64,000 nt of DNA from Candidatus Omnitrophota bacterium (GTDB taxonomy: Bacteria > Omnitrophota > Gorgyraeia > Pluralincolimonadales > Pluralincolimonadaceae). The notes below the pieces were generated by a model, which was not told the origin of the DNA, did no database searches, and saw only the letters and a program-made list of their open reading frames with translations. Location of the stretch: contig JBAZFB010000006.1 of assembly GCA_041653595.1 (NCBI GenBank), positions 17,503 to 81,502 on the forward strand, read 5' to 3'. This document shows, in pieces, positions 36,363-46,356 of this stretch (the first letter of the stretch is position 1; every line of letters begins with the position of its first letter). The position numbers and the translations under genes are program-made.

Positions 36363-37737
36363 ATTCGTCGCGGAGGCCGGAGTCGACGGCGGCGAAGAGT
36401 TTCGAGACCTGGGCGCGGGATTTCTCGTCGAGTTTCGCGGTTTCGCGCTCGATAAGTTTATGGCCTTCCTGTTTTATTTTGGGCGAGGCGAAGTCGTCTA
36501 GGTATTCTTTGAATGTGACGAGAGCGTTGACGCTGCACATGCCCTTGATGAGGCCGGGCTTCGCCAGGCCCATGAACTTCTCCCCTGTCCTCTCCCTGCG
36601 GTAGCAGGCGGCGCAGAAACTCGGGATGTAATTTTTCCCGATGAGCATGCCTACGAGCTCTTCAAGGCTGCGTTTGTCGCTCGTGGTGAACTGGCCGTCC
36701 CACTTCTCGCTGTCGGAATATCCGCCCGGCGAGGTCTTCGACTCGGCGCTTATCTGCGAAATGCCCAGGCTTATGACCTCATCCCTCATCTGCGCCGTCT
36801 CCCTGGTCGTAAGGATCATTCCCGTATACGGCACAGAAAGGCGTATCACCGCGACGAGTTTTTTGAAATCATCATCAGAGACCTGGTAAGGCGGGTGGAG
36901 CGAGAACTCCGAACCGACCGCCGGCTCGATGCGCGGCACCGATATCGTGTGCGGGCCGACGTTGAATTTTTTCTCGAGATGCTCGATGTGCATCATCATC
37001 GCCAGCGTCTCGAACCTGTAATCGTAGAGCCCGTAAAGCGGCCCTATGCCGACGTCGTCGATCCCGGCAGCGAAAGCGCGGTCGATGGCGTCGAGCCGGT
37101 TGTCCGGGTCGCTCTTCGGCCCTTTAAGGTGGCATTTCCTGTAGGTCTCGTCGTGGTATGTCTCCTGGAACAACTGGAATGTGCCGATGCTCGCGGCCTT
37201 GAGTTTTTTGAAATCCTCGACCGAGAGCGGCGCGCAGTTTATATTCACCCTCTTTATATAATGCGGGCCGACGCGCGCCGAATACGCGGCCTCGACCGCC
37301 TCTGTATAATATTCAATGGCTGACTTGCCGGGGACGCCGGATTCGCCGGCGACGACGAGGATGCGCTTGTGCCCCCTCTTGAGCAGCCACTCTACCTGCT
37401 CGCGGATCTCGGCGGCATCAAGGTATTTCCTTTTCAATTCGGAATTGCCGGACTGGAACGCGCAATAAACGCACTTGTTCGCGCAGAAATTCGAAATATA
37501 TAACGGCGCGAAAAGGACAACGCGGTTGCCGTAGATGGCGTTCTTGACGTATGCCGCGGCCTCGAATATCTTTTTTACCAGTCGCGGGTCTTCGACCGCC
37601 AAAAGCGCGGCCGTCTCTTCGAGCGCGAGGCGCTTGAGCGAGCGCGACTTATCCAATATCGCGTCGATCTTGTCCCCGCCGGCTTTGCCCGCGCTGTTGA
37701 GCAGGTCCTGTATCTTGTTTTCGTCGATATATTTCAT
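36355..37737 (-). CDS. hydG: [FeFe]-hydrogenase maturase HydG (radical SAM, ThiH-like)
   Basis: CANKCVYC motif. C-terminal CAACYRRERTGEKFMGLAKPGLIKGMC (the CX2CX22C auxiliary cluster). Confidence 0.85.
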   Translation of the reverse strand: MKYIDENKIQDLLNSAGKAGGDKIDAILDKSRSLKRLALEETAALLAVEDPRLVKKIFEAAAYVKNAIYGNRVVLFAPLYISNFCANKCVYCAFQSGNSELKRKYLDAAEIREQVEWLLKRGHKRILVVAGESGVPGKSAIEYYTEAVEAAYSARVGPHYIKRVNINCAPLSVEDFKKLKAASIGTFQLFQETYHDETYRKCHLKGPKSDPDNRLDAIDRAFAAGIDDVGIGPLYGLYDYRFETLAMMMHIEHLEKKFNVGPHTISVPRIEPAVGSEFSLHPPYQVSDDDFKKLVAVIRLSVPYTGMILTTRETAQMRDEVISLGISQISAESKTSPGGYSDSEKWDGQFTTSDKRSLEELVGMLIGKNYIPSFCAACYRRERTGEKFMGLAKPGLIKGMCSVNALVTFKEYLDDFASPKIKQEGHKLIERETAKLDEKSRAQVSKLFAAVDSGLRDEYV

Positions 37738-39023
37738 TGGCTGGCCCCCTTGACCGATCTTTCCCTTTCATTTATGAATGCCTCCAGGGACGCGGGGAAA
37801 GGAGACAAGACCCTTTCCAGCACTCCCTGTGAAAGCGATATCGCGAGGCCGTAATTGGTTATCGGCACGCCAGCCTCCTTCGCCTTCTCTATCCTCGTGA
37901 GCATCTCGCGGCGCGTTATCATGCACGACCCGCAATGTATTATCAGTTTATATTCTTTGAGGTCGTCGGGATAATCGCGCCCCGAGCAGACCTTGAATAA
38001 AATTTCGCCGCCTGCGAATTTATTCAGCCAGCGCGGTATCTTTACTCGGCCGATATCGTCCTCTATCGCGTGGTGGCTGCACGCCTCGGCGATGAGCACC
38101 TTGTCGCCCGGCTTGAGCCGCTCTATTGCCGCGGCGCCCTTTGCCATCTCGACGAGGTCGCCCTTATATCTTATGAATATTATCGAGAACGTAGTGCATT
38201 TAACCTGCGGAGGGGTCTCTTTCACCATCCTTAAGACCACCTGTGAGTCGCAGACGACGATATCCGGCGGGGCCTTGAGATTCTTGAGCGACGCGAGGTA
38301 TTCGGTCTCCTTCACCACTACCGAGATGCCGTCGTTATCGAGGACATCGCGTATCGTCTGGACCTGCGGAAGTATGAGCCGGCCCTTCGGCGCTTCCTTG
38401 TCTATCGGCATTATCAATACCGCGATGCCGCCTTTCGGCATGAGGTCCCCGGTCAAAAGCGGCGGTTTCAGGAAATCATCGGGGCATATTTCGAGGAGAA
38501 ATCTTTTGTATTTTTCGACGCTCGCGTCGCGCGTATTCCCGGCGTCCAGTATCGTCTCGTTGTAGCCGAGGGATGAGCACGCCATTACGCGCGGCGTCAC
38601 CGCGGACATCTTCGCCAGGAAGTCGTCCGACGGCTTCTTCAGGTCCGCCTTGTTTATCACTATTATCAGCGGGATCTCCCTCTTGCGCGCCTCTTCAACG
38701 GTCTTCTCCTCGTATCCGGTCCAGGCGCCGGCCTCGGTTATAAGAGTTATGATATCTGCCCTGTCGAATATTTTTTCCGTCTTCTTAAGGCGCAGGTCGG
38801 AAAGCTTAGATATATCATCGAGCCCGGCGGTATCGAGGAATACGACTGGCCCCACAGGGAGGAGCTCCATCGATTTCTCGACGACATCCGTGGTGGTGCC
38901 GGCGACCGGCGACGTTATGGCCACGTCCTGCCCGGCCACGAAATTAAGGAAGCTGGATTTGCCCACGTTTGTCCTGCCGAACAGGCCTATCTGCAAACGT
39001 AATGATTTCGGGGTCTTTATCAT
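37734..39023 (-). CDS. hydF: [FeFe]-hydrogenase maturation GTPase HydF
   Basis: G1 motif GRTNVGKSS and DTAG. C-terminal Cys motifs. Confidence 0.85.
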   Translation of the reverse strand: MIKTPKSLRLQIGLFGRTNVGKSSFLNFVAGQDVAITSPVAGTTTDVVEKSMELLPVGPVVFLDTAGLDDISKLSDLRLKKTEKIFDRADIITLITEAGAWTGYEEKTVEEARKREIPLIIVINKADLKKPSDDFLAKMSAVTPRVMACSSLGYNETILDAGNTRDASVEKYKRFLLEICPDDFLKPPLLTGDLMPKGGIAVLIMPIDKEAPKGRLILPQVQTIRDVLDNDGISVVVKETEYLASLKNLKAPPDIVVCDSQVVLRMVKETPPQVKCTTFSIIFIRYKGDLVEMAKGAAAIERLKPGDKVLIAEACSHHAIEDDIGRVKIPRWLNKFAGGEILFKVCSGRDYPDDLKEYKLIIHCGSCMITRREMLTRIEKAKEAGVPITNYGLAISLSQGVLERVLSPFPASLEAFINERERSVKGASQ

Positions 39024-39274
39024 TTATTTCCTTTACTGAGCGCGGATTTTACCGAAACGCCGGGTATCAGCCCGAGCCTTCCGGTCAGCGCGCCGACATC
39101 GTCGGTCGTCGCGTCGACTATGAGCGTTATTATCGAACAATTCCTCTCTTTGTATGGAATGCCCATTCTCCCCTGGATGATATTCCCGAACTCGGACAGG
39201 ATCTTGTTGACCTCGCCCGCCTGCCTGTTCCTGTCCGTCACTATTATCCCCATAAATCCCAGTCTCTTGTTCAT
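39020..39274 (-). CDS. small ACT-fold protein, TM1266-like putative iron-only hydrogenase system regulator
   Basis: 84 aa with a strong SD AGGAGG. Located between hydA and hydF, which is the characteristic position of this family. Confidence 0.5.
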   Translation of the reverse strand: MNKRLGFMGIIVTDRNRQAGEVNKILSEFGNIIQGRMGIPYKERNCSIITLIVDATTDDVGALTGRLGLIPGVSVKSALSKGNK

Positions 39275-39292
39275 TTTCCCTCCTAATTAGAA

Positions 39293-39321
39293 AGCCCGGA
39301 CTGCGAAGCGCAAGCCGGGCT
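39293..39321 (-). other. intra-operon stem-loop downstream of hydA (possible attenuating terminator)
   Basis: AGCCCGG-(15 nt)-CCGGGCT. On the minus strand it is followed by TTCTAATT. Confidence 0.3.
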
Positions 39322-39388
39322 AAAGATGTTACTTTCAGCCCCTTGGCCTCAGAGTCGCCTCCTCGCCGCAGGTATGTCTGGTTACCGC

Positions 39389-41140
39389 CTACCTCTTGTA
39401 GATAGGCCTTCCTTTATATGTCGTGTGGAGAAGTTTCTCGGATTTCTCGCTCAAGGGCTTCTCCAGGAATTCCTTGTATAATCTCTTTACATACGGGTTC
39501 TGGTGCGAGCACCGGACCGCTTTGGTCTTGTCGTCTTCATATAGAGCCGCGGCCCTGAACGCCCTGACTTCGTCTGTGACCATGTAGGGCTGGCCGCCGC
39601 CGCCGACGCATCCGCCCGGGCATGCCATTACCTCGATGAAATGGTACGGCAGTTCCTTGCCCGCCTTCTTCGCCTCTCTTACTTTATTCAAGACGTATTC
39701 GACGTTCGCCATCCCGTGCGCGACAGCGACGCGGACTTTCTTGCCGCCGACTTCGATCTCGCCCTCTTTGACCCTCTTCAGGCCGCGGACGACATCGAGG
39801 TCGACTTTCTTTAATTCTTCGCCGGTTATGAAATAATTCGCGGTCCTTAACGCGGCTTCCATTACACCGCCGGTCGAGCCGAAGATGACTCCGGCGCCCG
39901 CGTATTCGCCGAGTATCGTGTCCGACTCTTCGTCAGGGAGGTTCATGAAATCTATGCCCGCCTGCTTTATCATCAGGGAGAGTTCCCTCGTCGTCAGGAC
40001 GATATCTATATCCTGGTAACCCGAGGCGGACATCTCATCGCTCCTGGTTATCTCGTATTTCTTCGCGGTGCAGGGCATTATCGATACCATCACTATCTTC
40101 GACGGGTCGATGTTGTTCTTCTGCGCGTAATATGTCTTCGAAAGGACGCCCAATATCTCGTGCGGCGATTTGCAGGACGAGAAATGCTCTATCATATCCG
40201 TGTGGAACTTCTCCATGAAATCCACCCACGACGGGCAGCAGGTCGTGATCAAAGGAAGCGGCTTCGTGCCCTTGACGAACCTCTGCTCGAACTCGCTCGC
40301 CTCTTCCATTATGGTGACATCGGCCGCGAAACTCGTATCGAATACCGCCTTGAAACCTAATCTCCTTAACAGGGCGTATAATTTCCCTGCGAAATTCTTT
40401 CCCGCGAACCCGAACGCCTCGCCTATGGAGGCCCTCACCGCGGGCGCTATCTGGACAACGCAATATTTGTCGGCATTCTCGAGCGCCTTCCAGACCTTCG
40501 GCACGTCGAAGTATTCGACGATAGCGCCGGTCGGGCAATGCGCCGAGCACTGGCCGCATTTTATGCACGGCGACTCGGCCAACGTTATATCGCCGGCCGG
40601 GGAGAACCTCGTCTTTATGCCGCGTTGGAGGAACGAGAGCGCCCATACATCCTGCATCTCCTGGCAAACGTAGATGCACCTGCCGCACAAAATACATTTT
40701 TCCGGCTCGAGGACAACGGCCTTGGTCGACTCATCCCTCGGCAGGTCGCGCCTTATCTTCGGGAAATATTCCTCGGAGATGCCGAAGTCCGCGACTATCT
40801 TCTGGAGTTCGCAGTTATTGTTGCGTCCGCAGATAAGGCAGTCGTTGGGGTGGTTCGAGAGTATCAGTTCGAGGACGCTGCGCCTTATCGCGACTATCTC
40901 GGGATCGTGGGTCGTTATCTCCATCCCCTCTTCCAGCGGGGTGCAGCAGGCCCTGAGCATCTTGTTCGAGCCCTTCGCCTTGACCACGCAGATGCCGCAC
41001 GAAGCTGACGGCGGCAGGTCCGGGTGCTTGCAGAGCGTCGGTATCTTTATCTGGACGCTCTTGGCCGCCTCGAGGATCGTCGTCCCCTCGGGGACCTTGA
41101 TGAATATATCATTTATCTTCGCCTGTATGGATTTTGCCAT
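39389..41140 (-). CDS. hydA: [FeFe]-hydrogenase catalytic subunit (HydA/HndD)
   Basis: N-terminal 2Fe-2S plus 4Fe-4S ferredoxin domains. H-cluster motifs L1 TTCCPSW, L2 MPCTAKKYE, L3 EVMACPGGCVGGGGQP. Confidence 0.9.
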   Translation of the reverse strand: MAKSIQAKINDIFIKVPEGTTILEAAKSVQIKIPTLCKHPDLPPSASCGICVVKAKGSNKMLRACCTPLEEGMEITTHDPEIVAIRRSVLELILSNHPNDCLICGRNNNCELQKIVADFGISEEYFPKIRRDLPRDESTKAVVLEPEKCILCGRCIYVCQEMQDVWALSFLQRGIKTRFSPAGDITLAESPCIKCGQCSAHCPTGAIVEYFDVPKVWKALENADKYCVVQIAPAVRASIGEAFGFAGKNFAGKLYALLRRLGFKAVFDTSFAADVTIMEEASEFEQRFVKGTKPLPLITTCCPSWVDFMEKFHTDMIEHFSSCKSPHEILGVLSKTYYAQKNNIDPSKIVMVSIMPCTAKKYEITRSDEMSASGYQDIDIVLTTRELSLMIKQAGIDFMNLPDEESDTILGEYAGAGVIFGSTGGVMEAALRTANYFITGEELKKVDLDVVRGLKRVKEGEIEVGGKKVRVAVAHGMANVEYVLNKVREAKKAGKELPYHFIEVMACPGGCVGGGGQPYMVTDEVRAFRAAALYEDDKTKAVRCSHQNPYVKRLYKEFLEKPLSEKSEKLLHTTYKGRPIYKR

Positions 41141-41141
41141 A

Positions 41142-42881
41142 TTATTCCTTTGATACCGCCTTGAACTTGCAGACCTCGAAACATTTGCCGCAGCGGACGC
41201 ATTTGTCCATGTTAATGACGTAGCCGTCGTCTTTGTTCCCGGTTATCGCCTTCGCCTCGCAGTTCATCATGCAGACCGAGCACCTCTTGCATTTCTCCGG
41301 GATTATCTTATAGCTCAAAAGGTTGCGGCATTTCTTCGACGGGCATTTCTTATTAATTATATGGACTTCGTATTCGTCCTGGTAATACCTGAGCGTCGAT
41401 ACGACCGGGTTCGGCGCGGTCTGGCCGAGGCCGCAGAGCGCGGCTTTCTGCATCGCCTGCGAGATCCTCCGTAAATTATCGAGGTCGCTCAGCTCCCCCA
41501 TCCCCTCCGCGATCTTGCTCAAAGTGTTAAGCATCTGGGCGGTGCCGATCCTGCACGGCGAACATTTTCCGCACGACTCTTCAAAGCAGAACCTCTGGTA
41601 GAACCTCGCGATATCTACCATACAGTCGTCTTCGTCCATGACTATCATGCCGCCCGAGCCCATTATCGAGCCGAGCTTCTGGAGGTTCTCGTAATCTACC
41701 GGCGTATCGAGGAAATCCTTTGGTATGACTCCGCCTGACGGGCCGCCTGTCTGTATCGCCTTGATCGCCTTGTTATTGAATATGCCGCCGCCAACATCAA
41801 AGACTATCTCCCGGATAGTGGTGCCCATCGGGACCTCGACGAGCCCGGAATTCTTTATCTTGCCTGTGAGCGCGAAAACTTTTGTGCCTTTCGATGTCGC
41901 CGTGCCGACGCGGGCGAAGACATCGCCGCCTTTTAATATGATATAAGGGACGTTGGCGAGGGTCTCGACGTTATTTATTACCGTCGGCTTCTCCCAGAGC
42001 CCCTTTACCGAAGGATAAGGAGGACGCGGATGCGGCGTTCCTCTCCTCCCCTCGATAGACGCTATGAGCGCCGTCTCCTCGCCGCATACGAAAGCGCCTG
42101 CGCCGAGCCTTATCTCGAGGTCGAAGTTAAAATTGCCTCCCAATATATTTTTGCCCAGAAGGCCGCGCTCGTAACAGCGGTCGATGGCGTTCTGGACCCT
42201 GTCGACGGCGAGCGGGTATTCGGCCCTTATGTAAAAATATCCCATTGTGGCCCCGACGGAAAAACCAGCTATCATCATACCCTCGACGACCGAGTACGGG
42301 TCGCCCTCGAGCACGCTCCTGTCCATGTAAGCGCCCGGGTCGCCCTCGTCGCCGTTGCAGATGACGTATTTCTGGTCTGAGACCATCTGTTTCGCGAAAT
42401 TCCACTTCATCCAGGTCGGGTATCCGGCGCCGCCCCTTCCGCGCAGGCCGCTCTTCTTTATCTCGTCTATCACTTTTTCCGGGGTCTTCAGGTCGAAGAG
42501 GACTTTCTTTAGCGCCTGGTAACCGTCCCTCGCGAGATAATCGTCGATATTATCCGGGTCGACAACGCCGCAGTTCCTGAGGACTATCCTTAATTGCTTG
42601 GCCTCTTTGCGCGTGGCGAGGTCCTGGGCTATCTTGCCCTCTTTTATGGAATCTATGATGCGGTTAATGTCCCCGTCTTTGACGTTATAATAAGTCGTGT
42701 CCGGAAGGACCTTTATCACAATACCCTGGTTATAGGCGCCGATGTCGGCGACGCGGACGGCCATTACCGAATCCTGCATGCCGCGGTCGCGGAGGCCGTT
42801 AAGGAATGCCGCGTAGACGTCCTTTGTCCTCTCCGGCAGCGATATCCCCGTATCCTTTATATATACTATCTTCTTATCCAT
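41142..42881 (-). CDS. hndC: NAD(P)-binding flavoprotein subunit (NuoF-like, HndC/HydB) with C-terminal 2x[4Fe-4S]
   Basis: [25 protein letters not shown](P)H motif. C-terminal CxxCxxCxxxCP ferredoxin motifs. Confidence 0.9.
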   Translation of the reverse strand: MDKKIVYIKDTGISLPERTKDVYAAFLNGLRDRGMQDSVMAVRVADIGAYNQGIVIKVLPDTTYYNVKDGDINRIIDSIKEGKIAQDLATRKEAKQLRIVLRNCGVVDPDNIDDYLARDGYQALKKVLFDLKTPEKVIDEIKKSGLRGRGGAGYPTWMKWNFAKQMVSDQKYVICNGDEGDPGAYMDRSVLEGDPYSVVEGMMIAGFSVGATMGYFYIRAEYPLAVDRVQNAIDRCYERGLLGKNILGGNFNFDLEIRLGAGAFVCGEETALIASIEGRRGTPHPRPPYPSVKGLWEKPTVINNVETLANVPYIILKGGDVFARVGTATSKGTKVFALTGKIKNSGLVEVPMGTTIREIVFDVGGGIFNNKAIKAIQTGGPSGGVIPKDFLDTPVDYENLQKLGSIMGSGGMIVMDEDDCMVDIARFYQRFCFEESCGKCSPCRIGTAQMLNTLSKIAEGMGELSDLDNLRRISQAMQKAALCGLGQTAPNPVVSTLRYYQDEYEVHIINKKCPSKKCRNLLSYKIIPEKCKRCSVCMMNCEAKAITGNKDDGYVINMDKCVRCGKCFEVCKFKAVSKE

Positions 42882-43236
42882 TCGGTTTCTTTACCTGTAT
42901 ATCGTAAATGTGGTCGTTGACCAGCCTGTGGTTGTGTATGTGGTCGTCCAGGATCTGTATCGCGACGTCCTTGTCCACCTTGCCGTAGGTGACCTGGGGC
43001 ATCCCCTCGACGTTAACCTCGACGAGCGGCTCGACCGAACACATCCCGGCGCAGCCGCATTTTTTTATCGCGACCTTGATATTCCTCTTCTTCACCTCTT
43101 CGGTGAGCGTCTTGAAGACCTCTTCGGCGCCGGCCGCGACGCCGCAGCTCGACATCCCGACCTTTATCCAGTCCTTATCTTCTTTTCCCGGCTGCTTCGC
43201 TATATTATCAAGTTCTTCTTTTGTTATCTTGCTCAT
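42874..43236 (-). CDS. hndB: thioredoxin-like [2Fe-2S] ferredoxin subunit (HndB-like)
   Basis: 120 aa. Cys-containing segment [20 protein letters not shown]. Confidence 0.65.
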   Translation of the reverse strand: MSKITKEELDNIAKQPGKEDKDWIKVGMSSCGVAAGAEEVFKTLTEEVKKRNIKVAIKKCGCAGMCSVEPLVEVNVEGMPQVTYGKVDKDVAIQILDDHIHNHRLVNDHIYDIQVKKPNG

Positions 43237-43715
43237 TTGACTACCTGTTCCTGTTCATATTCGGAGAGTATATCAGCAACGCGGTCCTTCGTGACCTTGC
43301 TGTAGACCTTGCTGTCGACCTTCACGACCGGGGCAAGCCCGCAGCAGCCGAGGCACCTTACGACTTCGAGGCGGAAAAGCCCGTCTTTGGTGGTAGCCCC
43401 TTCCCTGACGCCGAGTATATCGCGCAGTTCATGGAGCAGGTCTGAGGCGCCTTTGAGGTAGCAGGCGGTGCCCATGCAGACCTGGATAAGGTGCTTGCCG
43501 GGCGGCTCAAGCTTGAAGAAATGGTAAAATGTTATGACTTCGTATATCCTCGCGAGCGGGACTTCCATGTAGTTCGACAGCTGGAGAGAGGTCGCGCGCG
43601 GGACATATCCGTAAAGATTCTGGATATCGTGCAGGATCATGATCAGGCTGCCCTTCTTGCCCTCCCATTTCTTGACGATATTCTCGATATCGGCGGATAA
43701 TTTTTCTTCGCGGTG
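43233..43715 (-). CDS. hndA: NuoE-like [2Fe-2S] subunit (HndA/HydC)
   Basis: CMGTACYLKG...RCLGCCGLAP motif. Start placed at MHREE (43715) because the promoter -10 lies at 43782..43777. The ORF-track start at 43805 would sit inside the promoter. Confidence 0.75.
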   Translation of the reverse strand, partial: HREEKLSADIENIVKKWEGKKGSLIMILHDIQNLYGYVPRATSLQLSNYMEVPLARIYEVITFYHFFKLEPPGKHLIQVCMGTACYLKGASDLLHELRDILGVREGATTKDGLFRLEVVRCLGCCGLAPVVKVDSKVYSKVTKDRVADILSEYEQEQVVK

Positions 43716-43776
43716 CATCTTGGTCTTGTTCTCCGAAGTTTGATTAAAGGTTCCCGGTGGGGAGACTAGTGATGTT

Positions 43777-43805
43777 AATATATCATACCGGCAGATAACT
43801 GTCAA
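43777..43805 (-). promoter_or_regulatory. near-consensus sigma70-type promoter of the hydrogenase operon
   Basis: Minus strand: TTGACA (43805..43800), 17 nt, TATATT (43782..43777). Confidence 0.55.
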
Positions 43806-43835
43806 CCCCGCGCCTTAATAAAGGCGCGGGGTAAA
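43806..43835 (-). terminator. GC-rich hairpin after TPR gene, abutting hyd promoter
   Basis: CCCCGCGCC-(8 nt)-GGCGCGGGG, a perfect 9-bp stem. On the minus strand it is followed by TTGACAGTTAT. Confidence 0.45.
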
Positions 43836-43839
43836 GCCG

Positions 43840-44325
43840 CTACGGGGCGGCGAGCCCTTTTTCCTTTTTCGCGATGATCTCCAGCATCATCTTGGCGGAT
43901 CTTGTGTAAAACTTATAATTCTGGTCGGTGACATTCGGGCTTTTCCCCGCGGAGGCCGCTTTAGAGAAATATTCCTTTGCCGTTTTGATATCTCCCCCTT
44001 TTTTATACATCATTCCCACGTCAAAAAGGGCGACGGCGTTGTCGGGGTCCAACTCTATCGCCTTCTTGTATTCGATGAGGGCCTTGTCGTCGCGGCCCAT
44101 GAGGCTGTAACAATACGCCAGCCAGTTCCTCGAGTCGACGTCCTTTCCGTTAAAGGCAAGCGTCTTCTCGTAAGTCCTCGCGGCGTCGGGGACTATCCTC
44201 GCGCTCATGTAATCCCCTGCGCGCCTGTAGAGCAGATACGCCAGGGCCGGCCTCAGGGCGATAAACGATATCGCGATGAGTATCGCGCTTATGATATAAT
44301 TTCGTTTTTTTCCTATCTCTATCAT
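43840..44325 (-). CDS. TPR-repeat protein with N-terminal membrane anchor
   Basis: A start at MIEIG avoids overlap with ccdA. TPR-like repeats (AYCYSLMGRDDKALIEYKKAIELDPDNAVALFDVGMMY). Confidence 0.5.
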   Translation of the reverse strand: MIEIGKKRNYIISAILIAISFIALRPALAYLLYRRAGDYMSARIVPDAARTYEKTLAFNGKDVDSRNWLAYCYSLMGRDDKALIEYKKAIELDPDNAVALFDVGMMYKKGGDIKTAKEYFSKAASAGKSPNVTDQNYKFYTRSAKMMLEIIAKKEKGLAAP

Positions 44326-44327
44326 TG

Positions 44328-45038
44328 TCACCCCAGAATAAATAAGGATATTGCCAGCAGTATGAGTATGTTGCCGCCTATTATAGGGGCGACCTTTTCC
44401 ACCATCTCCACCTTGGGGTAAATATACTTGACGATGCCGCTGAAGACCCCGACCAGTATTATCGGGAACGCCTGGCCGAGCGCGTAGGTGAAAAATAACA
44501 GGATGCAATAGAGGAGGTTCTGTTTAAGGATTCCGAGGCTCGCGATGACCAAAAGGAACGGGCCGCAGACCGGGCATGTAGGGGCCTCAAAGAGGACAAA
44601 GACGAACCCGAACAGGAAAGCGCCCAGCATCCCGCCGTGCCGTATCTGTAAGACGCGCGATACGGTATCCTCAAAGAACCTGAACCTGACAAGCCCCGCC
44701 ATCTGAAGTCCGACCGGCAGGACGATGATGGCAACGAGATAATAAAAGTACCTGCTTAATCTCATCATATGGCCGGCAAGGGAGCCAATAAGCGAGAACA
44801 TGACGCCCATAAGCGTATAGCTCAGGACGAGGGCGGATACGAAAGAAAGGGTCAGCAAAAATGCCCTCTTCTTGGACGTGGATACGCCGCCGATAAGGCC
44901 GACTATCACAGGTATCCTGATGATGGTGCAGGAGGCGAGGCTGAGGACCGCGGCCGCCCAGAATACGACGACGAAAGTCCAGGGCGAGCCTTCTTTTATT
45001 ATATTCGTAATTGCGGCGACATCAAAAGTCATGGTCAT
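44328..45038 (-). CDS. ccdA: cytochrome c biogenesis/thiol-disulfide transporter CcdA (DsbD TM domain family)
   Basis: 6 TM helices. Conserved Cys in TM1 (LASCTIIRIP) and TM4 (APTCPVCGP). Confidence 0.7.
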   Translation of the reverse strand: MTMTFDVAAITNIIKEGSPWTFVVVFWAAAVLSLASCTIIRIPVIVGLIGGVSTSKKRAFLLTLSFVSALVLSYTLMGVMFSLIGSLAGHMMRLSRYFYYLVAIIVLPVGLQMAGLVRFRFFEDTVSRVLQIRHGGMLGAFLFGFVFVLFEAPTCPVCGPFLLVIASLGILKQNLLYCILLFFTYALGQAFPIILVGVFSGIVKYIYPKVEMVEKVAPIIGGNILILLAISLFILG

Positions 45039-45050
45039 GGGTCCGTATCC

Positions 45051-45590
45051 CTACAAGGCGAAGGTATAGCCGGCCATGTCCAGGTACCTCATCGGCAGGT
45101 TTGTGGGTTCGCTCACGAAAAAGATGGACGGCCTGCCCCTGCCCGGCTCCGACATCTCGCAGTGCGGCGTGTCCTTAAGCATCGTGAAGACGCAGGTCTT
45201 GTGGTCGTTGTATTTGAGGCGCAGGAGAAGGAAATCCTTTGAGGCCAGCCTCCCTTTCCTTGCCTTCCTCTCTATATCCCTGTATTTGGACAGGGCTATG
45301 GCCATCAACACCGGTTTTAGCTTCAGGCCCGTATTGTTTATCACTATGAATTCCTCGTTGTGGGGATGCGAGTTGAGGGCGATCCTGCCGCCGTTATCCG
45401 ACCTGACGCAGATCAGCTTGTGGGTGCCGTGCTCGACCGGCGAAGAATAGATGGTATCGACAAGGCCGTTTTTTGCCGTCCTGCGCAATATCTTTGCCGT
45501 CGGCTTAAGCGTCCTTATCAGCCCCTTCTTCTCGAGGCGCAGGAGTATCTTACCGGTGATGTTCATCGGTTTGAGCCTTATCGTTTTCAC
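45051..45590 (-). CDS. hypothetical protein
   Basis: 179 aa, basic, no recognisable motifs. Translationally coupled to the LOG gene. Confidence 0.35.
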   Translation of the reverse strand: MKTIRLKPMNITGKILLRLEKKGLIRTLKPTAKILRRTAKNGLVDTIYSSPVEHGTHKLICVRSDNGGRIALNSHPHNEEFIVINNTGLKLKPVLMAIALSKYRDIERKARKGRLASKDFLLLRLKYNDHKTCVFTMLKDTPHCEMSEPGRGRPSIFFVSEPTNLPMRYLDMAGYTFAL

Positions 45591-46276
45591 GCTGATTTTT
45601 CTCTCGCCTGCTTATTGTAAAATTTCTTTATCACACCGACAACGTCTTTCGGCTCATCCACGATCGTGAAGAGCTTAAGGTCTTCTTTGGATATTGCCCC
45701 GCTCTTAAGGACCGTCGACTTGAGCCAGTCGATCATCCCCTTCCAGTACCCGCTTCCCATCATGACCACCGGGAATTTCTGGATGCGCTGGGTCTGGATA
45801 AGGTTGATGGCCTCGAAGAATTCGTCGAGCGTGCCGTACCCTCCGGGCATTATCACGAAGGCCTTCGCGTATTTAACGAACATGACTTTCCTGACGAAGA
45901 AATAGCGAAAATCGAGGAGGGTGTCCACGTATTTATTGGCTTCTTGTTCGAGAGGTATCTGGATATTCAGGCCTATCGAGTGGCCTTTCGCCCTCTTCGC
46001 GCCCTTATTTGCGGCCTCCATGATCGCGGGGCCGCTGCCGGTTATGATGGCGTATCCTTCCTTGGCGAGCAGGTAAGCGGTCTCCTCGGCCATCTTGTAA
46101 TATTTAGTGCCGGGCTTGAAACGGCTGGAGCCGAATATCGACACGGCCTGGCCGGCCTTGGAAAGCGTCTCGAACCCGTCGACGAACTCGGACATTATCC
46201 TGAATATCCGCCAGGTGTCCTCCTGCGTGAAATCATTTACGATGGCGACATCCTTGCGCATGGCGTGCCTCCTCAT
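45587..46276 (-). CDS. LOG-family nucleotide 5'-monophosphate nucleosidase (TIGR00730)
   Basis: PGGYGTLDEFFEA (PGGxGTxxE) and GSGPAIMEAANKGA motifs. Confidence 0.8.
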   Translation of the reverse strand: MRRHAMRKDVAIVNDFTQEDTWRIFRIMSEFVDGFETLSKAGQAVSIFGSSRFKPGTKYYKMAEETAYLLAKEGYAIITGSGPAIMEAANKGAKRAKGHSIGLNIQIPLEQEANKYVDTLLDFRYFFVRKVMFVKYAKAFVIMPGGYGTLDEFFEAINLIQTQRIQKFPVVMMGSGYWKGMIDWLKSTVLKSGAISKEDLKLFTIVDEPKDVVGVIKKFYNKQAREKSA

Positions 46277-46356
46277 TAAGGAAAGGGTGGATTCTGTTGA
46301 TTTATTGTATCAAAGAGTAGTAAAATAGGCAAACCAAAAACAGAAAGGGTTCTACG

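Noticed and set aside
43716-43805. N-terminal 30-aa extension of the NuoE-like subunit (ORF-track start at 43805)
   Set aside because: It would begin inside or upstream of the predicted -35/-10 hexamers. The extension (MTVICRYDILTSLVSPPGTFNQTSENKTK) is not NuoE-like.
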